Positions 18,495 to 28,525 of a stretch of 38,535 bases of DNA are shown one piece after another; positions within the stretch are counted from its first letter, which is position 1, and the number at the start of each line of letters is the position of its first letter. The DNA is from a virus. Taxonomy: Duplodnaviria; Heunggongvirae; Uroviricota; Caudoviricetes. The translations under genes were made by a program, and so were the position numbers. The stretch lies in the IMG/VR virus record IMGVR_UViG_2874968258_000008; one strand, given 5' to 3'. The notes beneath the pieces were generated by a model. That model saw only the letters and a list, made by a program, of their open reading frames with translations. It made no database searches and was not told the DNA's origin.

Positions 18495-19072
18495 TGCGGG
18501 CCTCCTGTCGAATCGCTGCCACCTTTAACGCCACCGTGCTTATGCGTATGCACTGTGATGCCGTTTGAGGTGAAATCGCCGCCGCTGTGCGTGATATTGC
18601 CGCTCATCGTTCCCCCTTTTGTGACGTCAAGCGTCGCTGTTCTCAGAAGGTCTGTGCATTCCACGACAGGCGTGTTCAGTGTCACGCTGATGGATGCCTG
18701 CAAAGTGGCCGTTTTCATGCCGCTTGCGCTCAGTGCGCCTGCGTCCGCGTCGTAGCGGAACACCGCGCCGTCCGGCGCGCTGACCACGATTTCTTTCAGG
18801 CTTTTGCCGGGTGCCGGAATGGCATCACTCCACAGGCTGCCGATTATCATGGCGGTTTCCGGGTTGCCGCCGATGCAGGCAATTGCCACCTGTTCGCCTG
18901 GTGATGGCGGAAACCACACGTTGAAGTCTCCCGCGCGCGTGGTGTTCCAGCGCAGCCAGCCTGTTTCCAGTTCGCCGCTGCGAACGCGCACGCACCAGGA
19001 TTCCTCATCAACTTCAGAGATGATCCCGGTGCGGATGATATTGCTCAGCAGTCGCATGAGTTCTGCGCTCAT
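18491..19072 (-). CDS. V: Baseplate spike/hub protein gpV
   Basis: 193-aa ORF, Gly/Ser/Thr-rich C-terminus, P2 position. Confidence 0.85.
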   Translation of the reverse strand: MSAELMRLLSNIIRTGIISEVDEESWCVRVRSGELETGWLRWNTTRAGDFNVWFPPSPGEQVAIACIGGNPETAMIIGSLWSDAIPAPGKSLKEIVVSAPDGAVFRYDADAGALSASGMKTATLQASISVTLNTPVVECTDLLRTATLDVTKGGTMSGNITHSGGDFTSNGITVHTHKHGGVKGGSDSTGGPQ

Positions 19073-19704
19073 CGTACAGCCTCCGCAATCCGGCCCAGCA
19101 CCGTGTTATAAATCAGGCGCTCATCTGCCTGGCTGATACCCAGCAGCTCACGTACCGGGTAATCGGTGAAAATGCCCGGCGCAACCTGATCGCGCTCACC
19201 GAACTGATGAACGCGTGCAATACGTGCGGCCACGCCGCTGTAACCCACCGTCACACCGGAAGCATCTGCACGGGCTTTCAGGTAGCGGGCGGTGCGCAGT
19301 TTTACGAACATGGAGACGCGCCTGGTGCTGTCCTGGTTGATGCGCCGGGTGCGTATTTCCAGAAAACGGTCGATGTCATCCCGGTAAAACGTGCGGATAT
19401 TGTTTTTATCCTCATCCCACCCGGTGATGGTTCGCCCGTATTTCCCCGTGTCGTGATGCCAGTTTTTCAGCGTGCGTGCTTCGTTATTCCAGATAAAGCG
19501 AATGCGCTCCTGTATCCGGGTTACGCGGCGTCTGCGTGGTGTCCATGCGGTCCCGTCCGGCGCTTTCTGTGACCGGATACGCGCCTGCTGGGCGCGGCGT
19601 AAATCCTGTGCCAGCTTTCTGGCGATGTTATTAATGGCCTGCTGATTCAGGCTGTCGCGGATAGCCTCAAAGGTTTCATCCACGCGGGTGAATGCCTTAT
19701 CCAT
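19069..19704 (-). CDS. S: Tail completion / virion morphogenesis protein gpS
   Basis: 211-aa ORF between R and V, overlapping both neighbours by a few nt; longer than P2 S (about 150 aa). Confidence 0.7.
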   Translation of the reverse strand: MDKAFTRVDETFEAIRDSLNQQAINNIARKLAQDLRRAQQARIRSQKAPDGTAWTPRRRRVTRIQERIRFIWNNEARTLKNWHHDTGKYGRTITGWDEDKNNIRTFYRDDIDRFLEIRTRRINQDSTRRVSMFVKLRTARYLKARADASGVTVGYSGVAARIARVHQFGERDQVAPGIFTDYPVRELLGISQADERLIYNTVLGRIAEAVR

Positions 19705-20164
19705 CGCTTTCCCCCCACGTCACATCCTGGAATACATGCGACCAGTCGCCTTCGGAAGAGGGCAGGCGGGGTTTTGGCTCCGGCAGGTGTTCTGCCTGCG
19801 GTGTGCCCTGACTGCTGCGCGTGATGCGAACGCGTTCCCGCAGGGGGAGCGTAAACAGGAGATCGGCGCTGTCATCGTCATTGATAACGGCGGAAAATTT
19901 GATGTCCTGATTACGCTCCGGATTGAGCAACAACTGTGGCTGATTTTCGGATAACCACGCCAGCAGCGGCAGCGTGAGGTCGTCCAGCTCTCCGGCGTAA
20001 TCCATGACAAACATCACTATCTGATAGCGGTAAACAAACGATGGGGTTTCTCCGGTCGTTTCAATGTTGCCGCTCTCCACGAAAATGGTGAATTTTTCCG
20101 GGTTGGCATGACACCACCGGCATGAACGGGTCATGGCTTCACGCAGGGAATCAGTTTTCAGCAT
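19697..20164 (-). CDS. R: Tail completion protein gpR
   Basis: 155-aa ORF beginning MLKTDSLREAMT, as P2 R. Confidence 0.8.
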   Translation of the reverse strand: MLKTDSLREAMTRSCRWCHANPEKFTIFVESGNIETTGETPSFVYRYQIVMFVMDYAGELDDLTLPLLAWLSENQPQLLLNPERNQDIKFSAVINDDDSADLLFTLPLRERVRITRSSQGTPQAEHLPEPKPRLPSSEGDWSHVFQDVTWGESDG

Positions 20165-20441
20165 GGTTGTTGTCCTCGTTGTTCAGTCGTTGCAGCCTGC
20201 GCTGTTCCAGTAATTCAATGGCCCGCTTATCGGCGTTACAGGTTTCCAGTGCGTCCATGAGGCTGTCGCTCCATATCCCGATGTTTCCCCATGATGGCGT
20301 CACCGGAAACGGCGGGGGAAGTACGGGGGCGGTCAGCCCTTCCGGGATGAAACGGAACGACGGCGGCGGCGCGGACGCGTTCTGCGTGCTGGTGCAACCG
20401 CTCAGTAAAGCGAGCGTCAGGAACAGCGCGGGCACATGCAT
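20151..20441 (-). CDS. lysC: Outer-membrane spanin lipoprotein (LysC/Rz1-like)
   Basis: Frame from internal ATG 20441 gives signal peptide plus lipobox LLSGC and a proline-rich body; overlaps the 3' end of lysB in another frame. Confidence 0.65.
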   Translation of the reverse strand: MHVPALFLTLALLSGCTSTQNASAPPPSFRFIPEGLTAPVLPPPFPVTPSWGNIGIWSDSLMDALETCNADKRAIELLEQRRLQRLNNEDNNHAEN

Positions 20442-20709
20442 CTGTCGTGATATCGTTGCGTAGCTGTTCACGTCGGATTTCCCCTTCCTGTTGTCGGTTC
20501 TGGCGCGCTGTCATGACGTCACGCAGTACACCGGATGCGGTGCTGATGATGGTGCCGGCCTCTTTCAGGGTCCGGCTGTAATCGTCCAGTTGCGCCTGTG
20601 TATAACGGTTGTGTCCGTCTTCCTGCCCCAGTCTGAATGTCTGCCAGAGTGTTATGGTCAGCAGCGTGAGGACGGTCAGTGCCATCATCAGGATGTAACG
20701 CACTTTCAT
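20236..20709 (-). CDS. lysB: Inner-membrane spanin (LysB/Rz-like)
   Basis: 157-aa ORF with N-terminal TM helix (ILMMALTVLTLLTITLW) followed by charged helical region; start overlaps endolysin stop. Confidence 0.7.
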   Translation of the reverse strand: MKVRYILMMALTVLTLLTITLWQTFRLGQEDGHNRYTQAQLDDYSRTLKEAGTIISTASGVLRDVMTARQNRQQEGEIRREQLRNDITTDACARAVPDARFTERLHQHAERVRAAAVVPFHPGRADRPRTSPAVSGDAIMGKHRDMERQPHGRTGNL

Positions 20710-21254
20710 GACTGGCCTCCGGTGTCACGTAAGCACCATGCACGAAAATCAGTACGACGGTTAACCAGTCCCTGTGAGCGTTCGCCGCCGCTGTTCACGA
20801 AGTCAGTCAGTCTGTTGCACATGTCAGGCCAGTTGTGCGCCTGTGCATGTTTCCAGATAGTGGTGCGGTGGTAGTTACGGTTCTTATCCCTGAACCACAT
20901 AAGATTTCTGCATCCAAGATTAAAGGCGGCATCTGTCATTGCCTCAAACGCGGACTGTGGCATGGCGTTGCCGCTGAAGTTCTGATTTATGCAGTTTTCT
21001 GCATGTTGCATATCATTAACCCAGCGCCCGGCGACTTCCGTTTCGGTGTACAGACGATTTTCCACATGCCCGGTCGAGCCGCACCCCACGGTCATTACCC
21101 CGGCAATATCCCGGTAAGGCGTTGCGCGACAGTCCTCCCATGTGGCAATGCGGATTTGCGCTTCCGGGCTGGTCCGGAGTTTGTGAGGGGCAATGGAGAA
21201 CCCCAGCGCCACAATGGCGGCTACGGCGTAACGTTTAACGGGCAGCTTTATCAT
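20706..21254 (-). CDS. K: Endolysin gpK, lysozyme with N-terminal signal-anchor-release (SAR) segment
   Basis: 182-aa ORF; hydrophobic Gly/Ala-rich N-terminus YAVAAIVALGFSIAP then E-x8-D-x5-T motif (WEDCRATPYRDIAGVMT) of T4/P21-type lysozymes. Confidence 0.8.
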   Translation of the reverse strand: MIKLPVKRYAVAAIVALGFSIAPHKLRTSPEAQIRIATWEDCRATPYRDIAGVMTVGCGSTGHVENRLYTETEVAGRWVNDMQHAENCINQNFSGNAMPQSAFEAMTDAAFNLGCRNLMWFRDKNRNYHRTTIWKHAQAHNWPDMCNRLTDFVNSGGERSQGLVNRRTDFRAWCLRDTGGQS

Positions 21255-21537
21255 GTGTATCGTTATCCCGCAGAATGTTCAGAGCCTGACGCTCACTGTC
21301 GTGAAGTGGCCGTGCGTCTGACTGCGCCAGGATACTGGCGATGAGTTCATTGCGACGCTGCATGGCGGTTTCCATCAGGCGGCGATGTCGCCAGGCATGT
21401 AATGCAGACAGAGAACCGAGTAACAACCCGGCAAGGGCGATTTTTTCACTGATGGTCATCACGCCTATTGTGGTGGCTGTGACTGATGCCCAGAAGGTGA
21501 TCCAGTCACTCACCCGCTGAAAAAAACCTGTTACCAT
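21235..21537 (-). CDS. Y: Holin gpY
   Basis: 100-aa frame from internal ATG 21537 (ORF track extends to 21744); two hydrophobic segments; located between X and K as in P2. Confidence 0.6.
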   Translation of the reverse strand: MVTGFFQRVSDWITFWASVTATTIGVMTISEKIALAGLLLGSLSALHAWRHRRLMETAMQRRNELIASILAQSDARPLHDSERQALNILRDNDTHDKAAR

Positions 21538-21728
21538 AGCTGTATCATCTCTCGTTGTTTTTTCTTCTCCGGCTCCGGCATTTCCACCTCCTGTCCGGCT
21601 TCCAGAAATACCTGTCGGCAGAGTCCGGGGTTGGCATCCAGCACCTTTTCGGTGACGCCCTGCGTCGTGCCGTAGTACCGGAAACAGAGCGAATCCACGG
21701 TGTCGCCTTCCAGTGTCTTCACTTTCAT
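21531..21728 (-). CDS. X: Tail protein gpX (LysM-like)
   Basis: 65-aa frame from MKVKTLEGDTVDSLCFRYYG..LDANPGL, matching P2 X (QGDTLDAICVRYYG..LAANPGL). Confidence 0.8.
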   Translation of the reverse strand: MKVKTLEGDTVDSLCFRYYGTTQGVTEKVLDANPGLCRQVFLEAGQEVEMPEPEKKKQREMIQLW

Positions 21729-22231
21729 CAGCACAACTCCGCAAAGATTCGCGGGCGGCACAGAATGTCAGAGATGGCCCAGCTCACATCGCGCCACAAA
21801 TCCGATGTCTGTATATCCAGTGCGTCCGCCCGGCGGTCGCCCTTGTCCGTTGTGTCCGCATCGCGGTAACGCTCCAGAATCAGGGCGCGTGTGGCGGTAT
21901 AAACAGCATTGCGCCAGTGCCAGAGATTGACGCTTTCTCCGTTAATTACAGGTGCCGGAACATCGGCCAGCGTCTGATGGCCAGCCGCCTGCTGTTCCTG
22001 CTGCCATGCTTCCAGCTCGCGGGTAACGTGTGCCACGGCCCCGGTGGCGGTATGCAGCAGGCGGGAGGTGGTCACGCGGCCCGGCAGTCGTACCGCCAGA
22101 CGCAGCTCGCGCAGCACAATATCCGGCCAGAATGCACCCGCTGAAATACGGGTATCGCCATCTTCGGTGTCGGTGATGTCGTCCTCTGCGGGTCCGGGTT
22201 CAGTTCTGGCAACCATACTCATGGGGTTCAC
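21728..22231 (-). CDS. L: Head completion/stabilisation protein gpL
   Basis: 167-aa ORF between M and X. Confidence 0.75.
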   Translation of the reverse strand: MNPMSMVARTEPGPAEDDITDTEDGDTRISAGAFWPDIVLRELRLAVRLPGRVTTSRLLHTATGAVAHVTRELEAWQQEQQAAGHQTLADVPAPVINGESVNLWHWRNAVYTATRALILERYRDADTTDKGDRRADALDIQTSDLWRDVSWAISDILCRPRIFAELC

Positions 22232-22323
22232 TCCTGAAAAAATCGGGCGGTGGGTGCGCGGTGTAAACGGTCACGGAGCCAAACCGGAACACCGCGCACG
22301 CCGCCCGCTGACGGGGTCAGTCG

Positions 22324-23124
22324 TTAACCGCGCTTCGCCTTCTGCGTCGCGGTGGTTTTTCGTGTTGCAGGCTTCCGCGTTGTCTTTTTACTTTCGCTGC
22401 TTTCGTCCTGCGCCTGCTGTGCGCTGGCGTCTTCTGGTGCGGCTGCGGAATCGGCTTTTTTCAGGGCGCGGGAAAGGGTTGCAATCTCGCGTTTCACACC
22501 TGCGTTCTGGTTCAGATGCATCGCTTTGCGCAGCAGCTTCAGTGATGAGGCCATGCTGTCCGCATCGCTCAGGCCACGGCGGGCAAAGGCGCACGCCTTG
22601 CATAATTTGGCGCGCACTTCGTCCGGCATATCCTGGTTGGCGACAATTTCCCAAAGTGTGTCCAGTGGTTCGATAAAGACGGACAAATCCGCGTCGGCAT
22701 CCGTCCCGGCCTGCGTCAGTACCGGATTGCAGATTTCTTCGGTCAGCACTGTGGCAGCAGTACGGCCAAAGTTATCCGGCATGATGAGGTTGTGACGGAC
22801 CGCATACGCACCAATACGCAGCGCAAGCGGAAGATCGCCGCAGTCAATCGCCCACACCATCAGCGTGGCAATCACTTCGTCCTGTTGCCCGCCGTCAGCC
22901 TCCAGCGTTCCCTCAATCCAGCCGGAAAAGTCCGGCAACAACGCTTTTTTGATGTCGGCTTTCGCGCTTCTGGCCTGTACGCCCTTAAGCCGGGCCTGTG
23001 CCAGACGCAGACGATACAGCACCTCTTCATGCGCGGTACGCGCGGCGTGGTCCACACCTTCATTCGCCCGGCCTGCGCGCTGTGCCATCACGTTCTGCCA
23101 GTGTTGCTGTGCAGGAGTAATCAT
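22324..23124 (-). CDS. M: Terminase small (endonuclease) subunit gpM
   Basis: 266-aa ORF between N and L; basic C-terminus. Confidence 0.8.
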   Translation of the reverse strand: MITPAQQHWQNVMAQRAGRANEGVDHAARTAHEEVLYRLRLAQARLKGVQARSAKADIKKALLPDFSGWIEGTLEADGGQQDEVIATLMVWAIDCGDLPLALRIGAYAVRHNLIMPDNFGRTAATVLTEEICNPVLTQAGTDADADLSVFIEPLDTLWEIVANQDMPDEVRAKLCKACAFARRGLSDADSMASSLKLLRKAMHLNQNAGVKREIATLSRALKKADSAAAPEDASAQQAQDESSESKKTTRKPATRKTTATQKAKRG

Positions 23125-23169
23125 TTTTTCTCTCCGTTACAGGCGGGCATGATGCCCGCCGTGAGTTGA

Positions 23170-24222
23170 TTAGCTGTCGGCGAACTTCAGGCCAGTGACC
23201 ATCGCGCACTTGCCATAGTCTTCAACGACATAAGCGTCATTGATGGACTGGTAGGTGGCGATGCGGTTGTATTCCGGTTCGTCTTTCATCAGACGACGCA
23301 TTGAACCTTTCTGCCAGTAAATCGACAGGTTGTTGAATGAGGTGATCAGCATCGTTGCATCCGGGAAGAACGGTGCAAGGAACACACCCAGCCCGCCAAT
23401 GGTGCGCGATGACAGGATGAGCTGCCCGGCAAGTAATTCCGCATTGGGATTCTGGCCGCTGATGCTGTTCAGCACTGGCAGACGCAGCGAGTTAAACAGG
23501 TTGCGCCCCATAATCACCACGAGGTCGTCAGCTTCCTTGTGCCATTCATCCAGCAGAGATGAGCGCGCGTCCTGTACCAGTGCATCAGGGTTCGCGTATT
23601 TACCCGCGTGCGCCACGGTGTTGTCCATGTTGCGGGAAGTCAGCGTCACGTCATTCATTACGCGCTCGCTGGCATTGGTTCTGATGTGCTCCAGCCACCC
23701 CACGTTAACGTCCTGAAGCAGCTTGTTGGTGCTGAAGTTGGACTCATCCGCGTGAGATGTGCCGTTGAAACCGATCATGATGCGGTCAAGTGCCACCTGT
23801 CGGGCAATCTGTGCGCTGATGCGGGACTGAAAATCGCTGTGTGCCGACCAGGCATCAAGCTGCGGATACGAAATAAACGTGTCGTAGTTCACCTGTTCGC
23901 ACTGGTATTTGCGGTTTTTCAGATCAACCACGTTATTCGGGTTACGGCGTTTTGTTCCGTCATAACTGGTATTTGTGCGTGCAATCGGTCCTGTGGTGTC
24001 CAGGAGGATTTTTTCGCCTTTCTGGTCGGTCACGCCGATCACGTTAATTTTTTTTGTAAGTTCGGTGCTATCCTTTGAGGCGTTTTCAAAACGTTGCTGC
24101 ACCGCAGGTTCCACGGTAAATCGCGATACCAGTGCAGAAACCGGGATATTGTTAAGCGACGCCTGCTGCGCCATATAGCAACCCAGCTTGTTGCGGGTAA
24201 TATCTGACATCACCAGATTCAT
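23170..24222 (-). CDS. N: Major capsid protein gpN
   Basis: 350-aa ORF; FTVEP..Q motif near N-terminus as in P2 N. Confidence 0.85.
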   Translation of the reverse strand: MNLVMSDITRNKLGCYMAQQASLNNIPVSALVSRFTVEPAVQQRFENASKDSTELTKKINVIGVTDQKGEKILLDTTGPIARTNTSYDGTKRRNPNNVVDLKNRKYQCEQVNYDTFISYPQLDAWSAHSDFQSRISAQIARQVALDRIMIGFNGTSHADESNFSTNKLLQDVNVGWLEHIRTNASERVMNDVTLTSRNMDNTVAHAGKYANPDALVQDARSSLLDEWHKEADDLVVIMGRNLFNSLRLPVLNSISGQNPNAELLAGQLILSSRTIGGLGVFLAPFFPDATMLITSFNNLSIYWQKGSMRRLMKDEPEYNRIATYQSINDAYVVEDYGKCAMVTGLKFADS

Positions 24223-24245
24223 AAAAAATTTGCTCCTTTGTCTTA

Positions 24246-25082
24246 TCAGAAGTCAGCCAGCTGGTCGGAGGCTGCGCCCGTTGCGGTGAACCGGTTCTGC
24301 GGATCGCCGTCCTGCGTGCGCAGTTTTTCCTTCAGTGCTGTCAGCTCCGTGGTCAGTAAAGTGATTTTCTGGCTGTCCTGCTGATGGCGTGTTTCCAGCG
24401 CATTAAAACGGTCGATAATGTCGGCCTGTGACGTTGCGACGCTTTCCACCGCTTCCTGAATACGGGAGAAACTGGCGTCATCCGCTTTGCGGCCACGACC
24501 AATAATCCCCATTACGCGGTTAAACCACTGGGTGCCTTCTTCCTGGCGTTGTTCTGCCATTTCGATGATTTCAGACTCGATGGCTTCGGAGATAAGCGGT
24601 GCTTCACCCTGGATACTGTTGAACGTCATCACCGCCTGACGTTGCTGTGCCGTGAATTTCAGGCGCTCAGTGCCCAGGCTTGCCGGGGTGTCGGTCATCG
24701 CCAGCCCGACCAGATAGGCGCGCCCGTTAACGGAGAACTGCGGGTGCAGTTCGATACTGGAATAGATTTTCTTGCCGTCCGCGACAAGCTGCTTCATGCG
24801 CTCGGTCGGTTCGATTTCTGCATACAGCGCAGTACGTCCGGCCAGCGGACCTTCCGTAATGTCTTCCGTACTCAGTGCGGTGACATCGCCCATTGCGGAA
24901 AATTCGCTTGACGGGCATGGCGAGAGATAGTGCTCAACGTTCACGCGGGCAGCGTAAACATCCGGGTTGAAGTTCTCGGCGGCTTCACGCAGATGCACCG
25001 GACTGATTTCACGGCCATCAACAGTTGATCCGGAGACAGCCACGCGAAACTTTTTGCGGGATGTCTTTTTTTCATTAGCCAT
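24246..25082 (-). CDS. O: Capsid scaffolding protein gpO
   Basis: 278-aa frame from MANEKKTSRKKFRVAVSGSTVDGREISPVHLREAAENFNPDVY, matching the P2 O N-terminus pattern. Confidence 0.85.
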   Translation of the reverse strand: MANEKKTSRKKFRVAVSGSTVDGREISPVHLREAAENFNPDVYAARVNVEHYLSPCPSSEFSAMGDVTALSTEDITEGPLAGRTALYAEIEPTERMKQLVADGKKIYSSIELHPQFSVNGRAYLVGLAMTDTPASLGTERLKFTAQQRQAVMTFNSIQGEAPLISEAIESEIIEMAEQRQEEGTQWFNRVMGIIGRGRKADDASFSRIQEAVESVATSQADIIDRFNALETRHQQDSQKITLLTTELTALKEKLRTQDGDPQNRFTATGAASDQLADF

Positions 25083-25236
25083 AGTTTTTGCCCCTCTGAC
25101 TGGTTCTTCAGTCATGATGGCAAAGCGTAACAGGCTGATACAAAGGGCTTTTGTTGTAAGAAAACGGCCAGAACAGGGGGTTAAGGAGAACGGTTTCGCG
25201 CGCGGGTAATCTTCCTGTAATTACTCAGGGGGAGCA

Positions 25237-26988
25237 ATGATTCAGGACGCTTTTGTGCGCCAGCGTGCGCGGCAACTTTACTGGCAGGGTTATCCGCCCG
25301 CAGAAATATCACGTCTGATGGGAATAAACCCGAACACGATTTATGCGTGGAAAAAACGCGACCAGTGGGATGAAACGCCACCCGTGCAGCGTGTCACGCA
25401 GTCCATCGATGCGCGCCTCATCCAGCTTACTGAAAAACAGAATAAAACAGGTGGTGACTTTAAGGAAATAGACCTGCTGACCCGGCAGCTTAAAAAACTG
25501 CATGATGGCCAGCCGGATGCGACGGCCACAGGAAAGAAAGGCCGGGCGAAAAAACTCAAAAATCATTTCACGCCGGAACAGATTGCCGCACTGCGGGAAA
25601 AAATCATCAGCAGGCTGGAGTGGCATCAGCGGGGCTGGTTTGACTCCCTGACGCTTTGCAGGGAAGCCGGGATACGTAACAGGATGATCCTGAAATCCCG
25701 ACAGATTGGGGCGACCTGGTATTTTGCACAGGAAGCACTGCTGATGGCGCTGCGTGACGATGTGGCACAACCTTACCAGCGTAACCAGATTTTTTTGTCT
25801 GCGTCGCGTCGTCAGGCGTTCCAGTTTAAAAGCATTATTCAGAAGGCCGCGGCTGAAGTCGATGTGGAGCTGAAAGGGGGCGATAAAATCATCCTCTCCA
25901 ACGGCGCAGAGATGCATTTTCTCGGCACTTCTGCTGCGACGGCGCAATCTTACACGGGCAATTTTTATTTTGATGAATTTTTCTGGGTCAGTCGCTTTGC
26001 TGAACTGCGCAAGGTGGCTGGCGCTATGGCAACCTTCAGCGGACTGCGGCGCACCTGCTTCTCCACGCCATCCACCGAAACGCACGAGGCATACGCCTAC
26101 TGGAACGGCGACCGCTGGAACGAGAAAAAGGCCGCGCATAAACGCCAGCGTTTTTCTGTGGACTGGAAAACGCTGCATAACGGGCTTATCTGCCCTGACC
26201 GGACGTGGCGGCAAATTGTCACGCTGGAAGATGTGGTTAATCACGGCTGGAAACACACCGATATTGATGAAATTCGTGATGAAAACACCGAAGACGAGTT
26301 CCGCAATCTCTATATGTGTGAGTTTGTCCGCGAAGGGGAATCGGCATTTAACCTGAATATCCTGATTGGCTGCGGTGTTGACGGATACGACGACTGGAAA
26401 GACTGGAAACCCTTTGCCCCCCGCCCGATGGGGAATCGTCCGGTATGGATTGGGTATGACGCAAACGGCAGCAGTGGTAACGGCGACAGCGGCGCTGTGT
26501 CCGTGGTGGTTCCTCCGGCTGTTCCTGGTGGTCGTTTCAGAACGGTGGAGACGCGACGCGTTCAGGGGCTGGAATTTGAAGAGCAGGCCAGAGTTATTGA
26601 AGAGTTCACGTATCGCTACAACGTGGAACACATCGGCATTGATGCGACGGGCGGGCATGGGGATGCCGTCTATCAGATAGTGAAACGGTTTTTTCCCGCC
26701 GCCATCCCTTACACCTTCACGCTGTCATCAAAACGGTCGCTGGTACTGAAAATGCTGCAAATAATGCGTGCCGGGCGGTGGGAATACGATCGCGCCGAAC
26801 GCGAGCTGGTTGCGGCCTTTAACGCCGTGCGTAAGGTGAAAACACCGGGCGGTTTTATCACTTACGAAACGGACCGCGCGAGGGGGATCAGCCACGGCGA
26901 CCTTGCGTGGGCAACCATGCTTGCTGTCATTAACGAACCGATTGGCGGCGAAGGAGAAAACGAGCGTTTCACGGTTATGGAGTTCTGA
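25237..26988 (+). CDS. P: Terminase large (ATPase) subunit gpP
   Basis: 583-aa ORF divergent from O, P2 arrangement. Confidence 0.85.
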   Translation: MIQDAFVRQRARQLYWQGYPPAEISRLMGINPNTIYAWKKRDQWDETPPVQRVTQSIDARLIQLTEKQNKTGGDFKEIDLLTRQLKKLHDGQPDATATGKKGRAKKLKNHFTPEQIAALREKIISRLEWHQRGWFDSLTLCREAGIRNRMILKSRQIGATWYFAQEALLMALRDDVAQPYQRNQIFLSASRRQAFQFKSIIQKAAAEVDVELKGGDKIILSNGAEMHFLGTSAATAQSYTGNFYFDEFFWVSRFAELRKVAGAMATFSGLRRTCFSTPSTETHEAYAYWNGDRWNEKKAAHKRQRFSVDWKTLHNGLICPDRTWRQIVTLEDVVNHGWKHTDIDEIRDENTEDEFRNLYMCEFVREGESAFNLNILIGCGVDGYDDWKDWKPFAPRPMGNRPVWIGYDANGSSGNGDSGAVSVVVPPAVPGGRFRTVETRRVQGLEFEEQARVIEEFTYRYNVEHIGIDATGGHGDAVYQIVKRFFPAAIPYTFTLSSKRSLVLKMLQIMRAGRWEYDRAERELVAAFNAVRKVKTPGGFITYETDRARGISHGDLAWATMLAVINEPIGGEGENERFTVMEF

Positions 26989-28034
26989 TGAGCAGAAAAA
27001 ATAAAAAAGTGCGCATGAGTTCACGCATTGATCTCGCTGATGCGCTCAGGAAAGAATCGTCGCTCAGTGCATTCACATTTGATGGTCCTTACCGCCTGAC
27101 CGGGCATGACCTGCTGGACAATATGTACTGTGCTGATAACGGGCGGTGGTATGAAACCCCGGTGGACTGGTACGGTCTGGCAAGAGCTGCCCGGCAAACG
27201 TCCTGGCATCAGTCTGCGCTTTACTTTAAGCGCAATGTATTGCTCGGCTGCTATATTCCGCACCCGCTGCTTTCCCGGCAGGATTTCTCGGCGCTGGCGC
27301 TGGACTGGTTTGTGTTCGGTAACGCATTCCTTGAGCTTCGGAGCAATATGCTCGGCGAACCGCTTAAATTACGGCACGCCCTGGCGAAATACATGCGACG
27401 CGGAAGCGATCTTGAATCATGGTGGTATGTGCAGGATGGCAAGGATGCGTTTCAGTTTCGTCCTGGCAAAGTGTGCCACCTGATGAATCCGGATATTAAC
27501 CAGGAAATCTACGGCATGCCGGAATATCTTGGCGCATTACTCTCGGCCAGCCTTTCTCATTCGGCGGACATGTTCAGAAAACTGTACTACGACAACGGAT
27601 CCCACGCCGGGTGCATCATCTACATCGGTGCAGCGCAGGTAAACCGCGAAAGCATGGACTCCCTGAAAGAAACGCTACAGGGGGCACGTGGTGGTGGTGC
27701 GTTTAAAAACGTGCTCATTCATGCGCCCAACGGGGGCAAAGAGGGGGTGCAAATTTTGCCGTTCCAGCAGATCACCGCAAAGGATGAGTTCATGAATGTT
27801 AAGGCGGCATCCCGTGATGATGTGCTGGCTGCGCACCGCGTTCCGCCGCAACTGATGGGGGCGATGCCGGGCGAAAAAAGTGCGTTTGGTGATGTGGAGA
27901 AGGCCGCGCGGGTTTACGCAATTAACGAGCTGATGCCCGTCATGGAGGCCATGAAGCACATCAATGACTGGCTTGGCGAAGAGGTGATCCGCTTTAACCC
28001 TTACGCACTGTTAGACACCCAGCCCACATCCTGA
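26988..28034 (+). CDS. Q: Portal protein gpQ
   Basis: 348-aa ORF coupled to P by ATGA overlap. Confidence 0.85.
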   Translation: MSRKNKKVRMSSRIDLADALRKESSLSAFTFDGPYRLTGHDLLDNMYCADNGRWYETPVDWYGLARAARQTSWHQSALYFKRNVLLGCYIPHPLLSRQDFSALALDWFVFGNAFLELRSNMLGEPLKLRHALAKYMRRGSDLESWWYVQDGKDAFQFRPGKVCHLMNPDINQEIYGMPEYLGALLSASLSHSADMFRKLYYDNGSHAGCIIYIGAAQVNRESMDSLKETLQGARGGGAFKNVLIHAPNGGKEGVQILPFQQITAKDEFMNVKAASRDDVLAAHRVPPQLMGAMPGEKSAFGDVEKAARVYAINELMPVMEAMKHINDWLGEEVIRFNPYALLDTQPTS

Positions 28035-28060
28035 CGCGCTTCGCTTGTCTGCTGCTTCGC

Positions 28061-28085
28061 CGGGGCATAAAAAATTTATGCCCCG
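28061..28085. terminator. Hairpin downstream of Q (possible terminator)
   Basis: CGGGGCATAAA-AAA-TTTATGCCCCG, 11-bp perfect stem; no clear U-tract. Confidence 0.4.
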
Positions 28086-28458
28086 ACTCTCCAGCTCCTG
28101 TATCAGTCAGATAATTTCACGACGCTTTCCTGCTGATTGCCATCATCGACAGTCAGACTCTTACGCAATCCCACCTCGTTGACTGCATATTCTCGCCGTC
28201 TCAGTGCGATTTTGACGGCCTTACCTTTCACCCCATCAAATCAAAAGCCCTCACGTCTTTTTCACGCTCAGCGTGAGAAATACAGCCATTCTGTTGTATC
28301 TCTGCGACATCGTTCAGGGAATGCTATTTACCCCCTGAAACGCGGGCTGTTCCCCCGTCACCTGCGCGCAGAAAAAACGCGTTTTTTTGTGCATGCACGG
28401 ATCCTTGACGGATCCAGCCGCCACGCGGGCCGGAAGGGCAAAAAGTCGTTCAAAAAAA

Positions 28459-28488
28459 TTGTGCAAATTTGTGCACTATTGTGCATTT
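28459..28488. repeat. Three phased direct repeats of TTGTGCA at 10-bp spacing
   Basis: ATTGTGCAAATTTGTGCACTATTGTGCATTT; repeat starts at 28459, 28469 and 28479. Confidence 0.4.
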
Positions 28489-28525
28489 ATAAAATCAACT
28501 AAAAAACACCTAGTGTGACTTACCT

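Noticed and set aside
21700-22676. Plus-strand ORFs of 76-210 aa overlapping L and M
   Set aside because: Antisense to well-supported late genes in P2 order; Arg/Ser-rich artefacts.
25309-26658. 449-aa minus-strand ORF
   Set aside because: Entirely antisense to the terminase large subunit gene P; Arg/Pro-rich low-complexity translation typical of antisense frames in GC-rich coding DNA.
28137-28502. 121-aa plus-strand ORF in the Q-to-cargo intergenic region
   Set aside because: Lies in the putative cos/regulatory region, no RBS, basic low-complexity translation; more likely non-coding.
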